A stretch of DNA of 64,000 nt from Octopus sinensis (Eukaryota). Each line of letters starts with the position of its first letter. The stretch's first letter is position 1. Both the position numbers and the translations under genes were made by a program. The notes beneath the pieces were generated by a model. The model was not told the DNA's origin and did not search any database. It was given only the letters and a program-made list of their open reading frames with translations. Shown here piece by piece: positions 60,449 through 64,000 of this stretch. The stretch spans positions 14,632,001-14,696,000 of the forward strand of contig NC_043022.1 of NCBI RefSeq assembly GCF_006345805.1, given 5' to 3'.

Positions 60449-63400
60449 GAGGGATTTTAAATATGTGGTCAGAAGTTTGTTTCCCAACTACACGGTTCTG
60501 GGTTCCGGCTAAACCGTCATCGTTGTTGTCGTTTGGGCCTCACGAGGGCAATGACTTTCGCGATATATGCTGTGCTTGAGAAGACCGGTCAAGCCAAGTG
60601 AAACCGTAGACGTGGCTGATGCTGGTGTTATATAACTGGTACCCACACCGGTGGCATGTAAAAAGCACCTTTTGAGTATTGGACTTCACAGAGGTAATGA
60701 CAAATGACCGAGACCTTTGGCGTTATGCCATGCTTGAGAAGAAGACCCATCAAACCAAGTAAAATCACAGTTGTGGCAGATACTGGTGTCACGCAAATGG
60801 CACCTGTGCCAGTGGCATGTAAAAGCAACCATTACACTCTGTAAAGTGGTTGATGTTAGGAAGGGCATCCAGATGTGGAAACATTACCAAATCAGACTGG
60901 AGTCTGGTGCAACCTTCCAGCTTGCCAGCCTGGTCAAACTGTCCAGCCCATGCCAACATGGACATTAAATTATTTCTTTACTACCCACAAGGGGCTAAAC
61001 ACAGACGGGATAAACAAGGTTAGATATCGACCCCAGTGCGTAACTGGTACTTAATTTATCAACCCCGAAAGGATGAAAGGCAAAGTCGACCTCGGCGGAA
61101 TTTGAACTCAGAACGTAACGGCAGACAAAATACGGCTACGCATTTCGCCCGGCGTGCTAACGTTTCTGCCAGCTCACCGCCTTGTTAAATGATGAAGATT
61201 TGTTTTCTGTACTGCTATGGGTTTGATGGATCGATGGGAAGGAACTGGCAAGTCGGAAGATAGAATCAAACCCTGCAGTCTGGTTTCTACGACTCGGTGT
61301 CCTTCCTAATGCCAGCCAGAGTAGATTGGGTGAGAAATACATTAAAGTATCAAATACAAACATGCCCAAAATTCCCAAACTCACTCTATCTTTCTCTGCT
61401 TTGGTAAGTTGTTGAATGAAATCCCTGAGTGCTCGACGGACCTGCTCGGGATCAACATTGGCAGCTTGTACGAGGGAATTGGAATCCATTCGGTTTGGAG
61501 ACATATTTCTAGAAAATGGCCTGGCAGCAGGACTTTGAGAGCGATCAGGAGATCCAGTCCGAGGAATAGGTGTGCCACGGCTTTCAGCAGTAGTAGTAGC
61601 AAAAGTATTATCAAAACCTGAATCAGAAAAAAAAGAAAAATGCATTAGTTAAGAAAATATAAAACAAATAAAATAAAAATGTTTTACATGGCTTGGTGCA
61701 GGTATGGCTGGGTGGTTGAAAAGCTCAGTTTGCAACCGTGTGGTTCCAAGTTCAGTCTACAGTATGGCAGCCTAGGTAGACTTAGGCTGACCAATGCCTT
61801 GTGAGTGAATTTTGTAGATGGAAACTATGTGAAGCCTATGGTGTGTGTATACATATATACAAACACACACACACATATATATTTATATATATATGTATGT
61901 GTCTTTGTGTTTGGCCTCTCTCCACCCACCATGTGACAACAGGTATTGGTTTGTTTACATCCCTGTAATGAAGCGTCTCGGCAAAAGAGACTGACAGAAT
62001 AAGCACCAGAATTTTAAGAAAACAATTCCTGGGTTAGATTTGTCTAACTGAAGCCTTCAAGGCAATGCTACAGCATGGCCACAGTTCAATGACTGAAATA
62101 ATTAAAGGAAGAGCAGAATGGAGTTTAATTTTGAGGATTAGGGTTTAGGGTTAGAACTGCTTTTGCCTAAATATCATCACCAAAGGTCTTTGTTTAACCC
62201 TTTAACATTCAAACCAGTCGTATCCAGCCAAAAATATTCTCCCTGTTCCATGTTCAAACTGGCCATAAATTTTTATAAATATATAACTTATAAACTAGAT
62301 CTCAAAAAGTTTAAACTGAATGATAAATATATAATATAAGAAGTATAAACACTACGTACGTCTCATGGCTAAAATTAAATTCAAATTAATGTCTGTATGT
62401 ATGTATGCATATATATATCACCGTGATCACTGTGACCGACCAGGCTATCAGATGTTGTTACACATCGCTGGTCACAATGCGCTTCACATTGTTTTAGCCT
62501 TCAAATGACACCACCCCACTGGCTAAGCGAGTAGGCCAACAGAAGAAAGAGTGATAGAAAGTTGTGGCGAAAGAGTACAGCAGGGTTCGCCACCACCCTC
62601 TGCCAGAGCCTCGTGGAGCTTTAGGTGTTTTCGCTCAATAAACACTCACAACGCCCGGGCTGGGAATCGAAACCGCGATCCTACGACCGCGAGTCCGCTG
62701 CCCTAACCACTAGGCCATTGCGCCTCCACATGTATATGTATATATATATATATATAATATATATACATACATACATACAGACACACACTGAGATTCCAAA
62801 GTTTCTGTCTACAAGGCATCAGGCAACCCAGGGTTACAGTAGGAGACACTTGCCCAAGATGCTGTGCAATGAGACTGAACCCAAGGCCTCATGGTTGAGA
62901 GGCAAGCTTCTCAACCACATAGCCATGCCCGTGAATAAAAAGGAAAAAGAAAAAAAAAAGAAGCAAAAAATGAAATCAGATGATATTTTGACAGGTGCCG
63001 AAACCAACTGACCTTTGGTTGGTGAAATAGGGCGATTGCGACGAGGGCTCGGACTACGAGAACGAAACATGTTAATAGGATTGTTTGTATCTTGCTTAAA
63101 GCCAATAGTTCGGCGCAGAGAAGATACAATGCTGCTCATTTTGTATTCCACATCTCTCTTGGCCCCTTCAAGACGTGACAGTTGGGTTTCGAGAGCGTTT
63201 ACTCTGCCCTCGGCACCACTCAGCTTGAGACGAAGTTCTGATAATTCACTATTGGTGTTGTCAAGCACCACTTCGAGATTCTTCTTCTGGTCTTCCAGTT
63301 TCTTCTCAGTGTGGCTGCTGTCTTCGAGTGTTATAATGAAATTCTTCTCCTTCAGACGATATTCGTCCTGAATTTCCGCCATCTTTCTCTGGACGTTGGC

Positions 63401-63740
63401 CAATTCTTTACGGAGAGCCTCCCGACTGGCTTCAGTTTCCACAACCTGTACAGCAAAATATTTAAAAGAAATATTTATCAAACTGCAACGAGATAAAAGC
63501 TTAAATATTCATTTATCGAACAACAATGAAATGTATGTAAAATACTTATCCAGCAAACAGAATTGAAATAAAATTAAAACACCTGTTTAACAAACTACAA
63601 TGAGATGAAATTAAAATAAATATTTAACGAATAAAATTGAAATAAAATTAAAATTATCATTTAACAAACTACAATGAAATTAAATTTAAATATTTATTTA
63701 TCAAACTACAATGAGATAAAATTAAAATATATATATATAT

Positions 63741-63784
<44 letters not shown>

Positions 63785-64000
63785 TATATATGTATATATA
63801 TATGTATATATATGTGTATATATATATCTGACACAACAGCCATATAAAATCTGGCTCTTACCTTCTGTTTCAGATCAAAGGAAGCTTTCCTTGTTTCCTC
63901 TTCCCGCTCCTCATCACGGGAGACCCTGGCCTGAAGTTCGTTCACTTCTTTACCCAGTTTGCTGCGTTCACCGTCAAGTAACTTCACCTGGCGACGCAAC
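46236..64000 (-). CDS. CROCC: Rootletin (ciliary rootlet coiled-coil protein), 5'-partial, 13 exons: 63862-64000, 63013-63445, 61385-61617, 59547-59667, 57727-57890, 56778-56957, 53697-53837, 52159-52298, 50227-50356, 49168-49368, 48089-48258, 47091-47232, 46236-46556
   Basis: Joined translation follows the rootletin C-terminus in order: [101 protein letters not shown]. All junctions GT-AG with matching phases. Confidence 0.95.
46800..47030. repeat. Purine-rich 29-bp minisatellite, 8 copies, in last rootletin intron
   Basis: GGAGTGAGA(A/G)GAGAA(AA/CG)AGAGGGGGAGTT. Confidence 0.9.
47091..47232 (-). CDS. CROCC: Rootletin exon: (R)[11 protein letters not shown]...[10 protein letters not shown]
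   Basis: Acceptor ctgtcaacag|T, donor CAG|gtaagc; 142 nt, phase 2-0. Confidence 0.93.
47243..47733 (-). mobile_element. Two S1 SINEs in rootletin intron (47243-47503, 47533-47733)
   Basis: Reverse-complement head and core. Confidence 0.8.
48089..48258 (-). CDS. CROCC: Rootletin exon: [10 protein letters not shown]...ETEQNHAQ(R)
   Basis: Acceptor tttcgttcag|GTG, donor CG|gtgggt; 170 nt, phase 0-2. Confidence 0.93.
48346..49150 (+). mobile_element. Two S2 SINEs in rootletin intron (48346-48730, 48775-49150)
   Basis: Head and tail match. Confidence 0.8.
49168..49368 (-). CDS. CROCC: Rootletin exon: [12 protein letters not shown]...LRKTLDK
   Basis: Acceptor attcccag|ATG, donor AAG|gttagt; 201 nt, phase 0-0. 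Confidence 0.93.
49494..49722 (-). mobile_element. Full-length S1 SINE
   Basis: Close match to the 6090 copy. Confidence 0.85.
49828..50192. repeat. TIR element interrupted by a LINE tail
   Basis: GTAATACTTTATAATTAGGGTTC / GAACCCTAATTATAAAGTATTAC and CATACCGAAGTTTAGAAATAGCAG / CTGCTATTTCTAAACTTCGGTATG. Confidence 0.75.
50006..50162 (-). mobile_element. RTE LINE 3' tail fragment (rootletin intron)
   Basis: Tail core; interrupts the fold-back element 49828-50192. Confidence 0.8.
50227..50356 (-). CDS. CROCC: Rootletin exon: (K)[11 protein letters not shown]...QLRQNHQ
   Basis: Acceptor cccctttag|G, donor CAG|gtatgt; 130 nt, phase 2-0. Confidence 0.92.
51026..51436 (+). mobile_element. S2 SINE
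   Basis: Full match. Confidence 0.88.
51903..52040 (-). mobile_element. RTE LINE 3' tail fragment (rootletin intron)
   Basis: Tail core after (CAT)n. Confidence 0.8.
52159..52298 (-). CDS. CROCC: Rootletin exon: [14 protein letters not shown]...[14 protein letters not shown](K)
   Basis: Not in ORF track. Acceptor ttcccacag|GTC, donor AA|gtaata; 140 nt, phase 0-2, needed to restore phase into the next exon. Confidence 0.9.
52680..53230 (+). mobile_element. Possible Penelope-like remnant ending in a hammerhead-like motif (53117-53164)
   Basis: GTCT-CTGATGA...GAAA-CAGCTG-TA-AGAC preceded by the 27-kb fold-back family arm; no intact ORF. Confidence 0.4.
53697..53837 (-). CDS. CROCC: Rootletin exon: [19 protein letters not shown]...NQHKDK
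   Basis: Not in ORF track (too short). Acceptor tatctctag|GTT, donor AAG|gtaagc; 141 nt open, phase 0-0. Confidence 0.9.
53988..54304. repeat. Near-perfect palindrome, ~150-bp arms, 15-nt loop
   Basis: 53988-54138 is the reverse complement of 54154-54304; the only difference I found is A4 versus T5. Confidence 0.92.
54415..54742 (+). mobile_element. RTE LINE 3' tail fragment (rootletin intron)
   Basis: Three hairpin subrepeats, tail core and (GAT)n. Confidence 0.8.
54985..55170 (+). mobile_element. RTE-type 3' tail variant
   Basis: GGAAGGGCATCCAGCTGTAAAA...GGACGTTAAACAATGATG. Confidence 0.65.
55187..55590 (+). mobile_element. S2 SINE
   Basis: Full match. Confidence 0.85.
55778..56085 (+). 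mobile_element. S4 SINE
   Basis: GTGGCTCAGTGG head, TGTGTCCTTGAGCAAGACACTT core; tail shared with fragments near 41000-41130 and 41780-41880. Confidence 0.65.
56325..56721 (+). mobile_element. S2 SINE
   Basis: Full match; ends about 55 bp from rootletin exon 56778. Confidence 0.85.
56778..56957 (-). CDS. CROCC: Rootletin exon: [10 protein letters not shown]...DKETENQ
   Basis: Acceptor gtgtttcag|GAA, donor CAG|gtaagt; 180 nt, phase 0-0. Confidence 0.93.
57727..57890 (-). CDS. CROCC: Rootletin exon: (D)[12 protein letters not shown]...ESEKRQLQ
   Basis: Acceptor tgttttgtag|AT, donor CAA|gtgagt; 164 nt, phase 1-0. Confidence 0.93.
57952..58486. mobile_element. Same MITE family, interrupted by an S2 SINE
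   Basis: CACTAG ... CTAGCTATGCTAGTG. Confidence 0.65.
58021..58409 (+). mobile_element. S2 SINE inserted into a MITE, TSD AATGT
   Basis: AATGT at 58016-58020 and 58410-58414; flanks rejoin to the MITE sequence seen at ~53570-53640. Confidence 0.88.
58525..58868 (+). mobile_element. S2 SINE (diverged)
   Basis: Head and tail match. Confidence 0.7.
59017..59520. repeat. Compound (GA)/(GT) microsatellite next to rootletin exon 59547
   Basis: Direct reading. Confidence 0.9.
59547..59667 (-). CDS. CROCC: Rootletin exon: [19 protein letters not shown]...MEVEE(D)
   Basis: Acceptor ttgttataaag|GAT (AAG type), donor GAAG|gtgaaa; 121 nt, phase 0-1. Confidence 0.88.
60070..60396 (+). mobile_element. 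S2 SINE, 5'-truncated
   Basis: Starts at GGGCAAGTGTCTT. Confidence 0.85.
60515..60965 (+). mobile_element. RTE LINE 3' UTR fragment (diverged)
   Basis: GAAGACC motifs, hairpin subrepeats and tail core as in copies A-C. Confidence 0.7.
60971..61182 (-). mobile_element. Near full-length S1 SINE
   Basis: Close match to the 6090 copy. Confidence 0.85.
61385..61617 (-). CDS. CROCC: Rootletin exon: (G)FDNTFATT...[24 protein letters not shown]
   Basis: Acceptor after long T tract ctgattcag|GT, donor AGA|gtgagt; 233 nt, phase 1-0. Confidence 0.92.
61697..62105 (+). mobile_element. S2 SINE (diverged)
   Basis: Head and tail match. Confidence 0.7.
62418..62729 (-). mobile_element. S3 SINE head and body with a different 3' tail
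   Basis: First ~190 nt match 23632 and 38505; remainder unrelated. Confidence 0.8.
63013..63445 (-). CDS. CROCC: Rootletin exon: [15 protein letters not shown]...RPISPTK(G)
   Basis: Acceptor gctgtacag|GTT, donor AAAG|gtcagt; 433 nt, phase 0-1. Confidence 0.93.
63862..64000 (-). CDS. CROCC: Rootletin exon (runs off window): [14 protein letters not shown]...FDLKQK
   Basis: Donor AAG|gtaaga at 63862/63861, phase 0; coiled-coil. Confidence 0.9.

Noticed and set aside
62136-62155. Interstitial telomeric repeat TTAGGG
   Set aside because: Only about three imperfect units; expected by chance.

Overview
AT-rich, repeat-dense animal genomic DNA, most likely a coleoid cephalopod (Octopus-like). This is inferred from the SINE/LINE families and the microsatellite load, not from a database search. 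Two genes converge across the window. (1) The last coding exon of an unidentified + strand gene (Gly-rich, poly-Q, ends ENHYSFV*) runs off the left edge and stops at 776. (2) The 3' part of rootletin (CROCC) lies on the - strand as 13 exons between 64000 and 46236; all visible junctions are GT-AG and their phases join into one open frame. The space between them and the rootletin introns hold three same-orientation RTE-clade LINE copies (one near full length, with a C4HC3 PHD finger inside the RT domain), many LINE 3' tails, at least four tRNA-derived SINE families, Helitron/HINE-like elements, hAT and other MITEs, eight fold-back elements, a 32-bp minisatellite and long microsatellites. The most interesting unexplained signals are: hammerhead-ribozyme-like motifs inside short inverted-repeat elements (best at 19398-19447, - strand); a 71-bp element with a perfect 9-bp TSD nested in a fold-back element; a near-perfect palindrome with 150-bp arms in a rootletin intron; and a sharp switch in SINE orientation at the rootletin 3' end that hints at an unannotated + strand transcript. 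Several unique stretches show homopolymer inflation typical of unpolished assembly, so exon calls there are weak.
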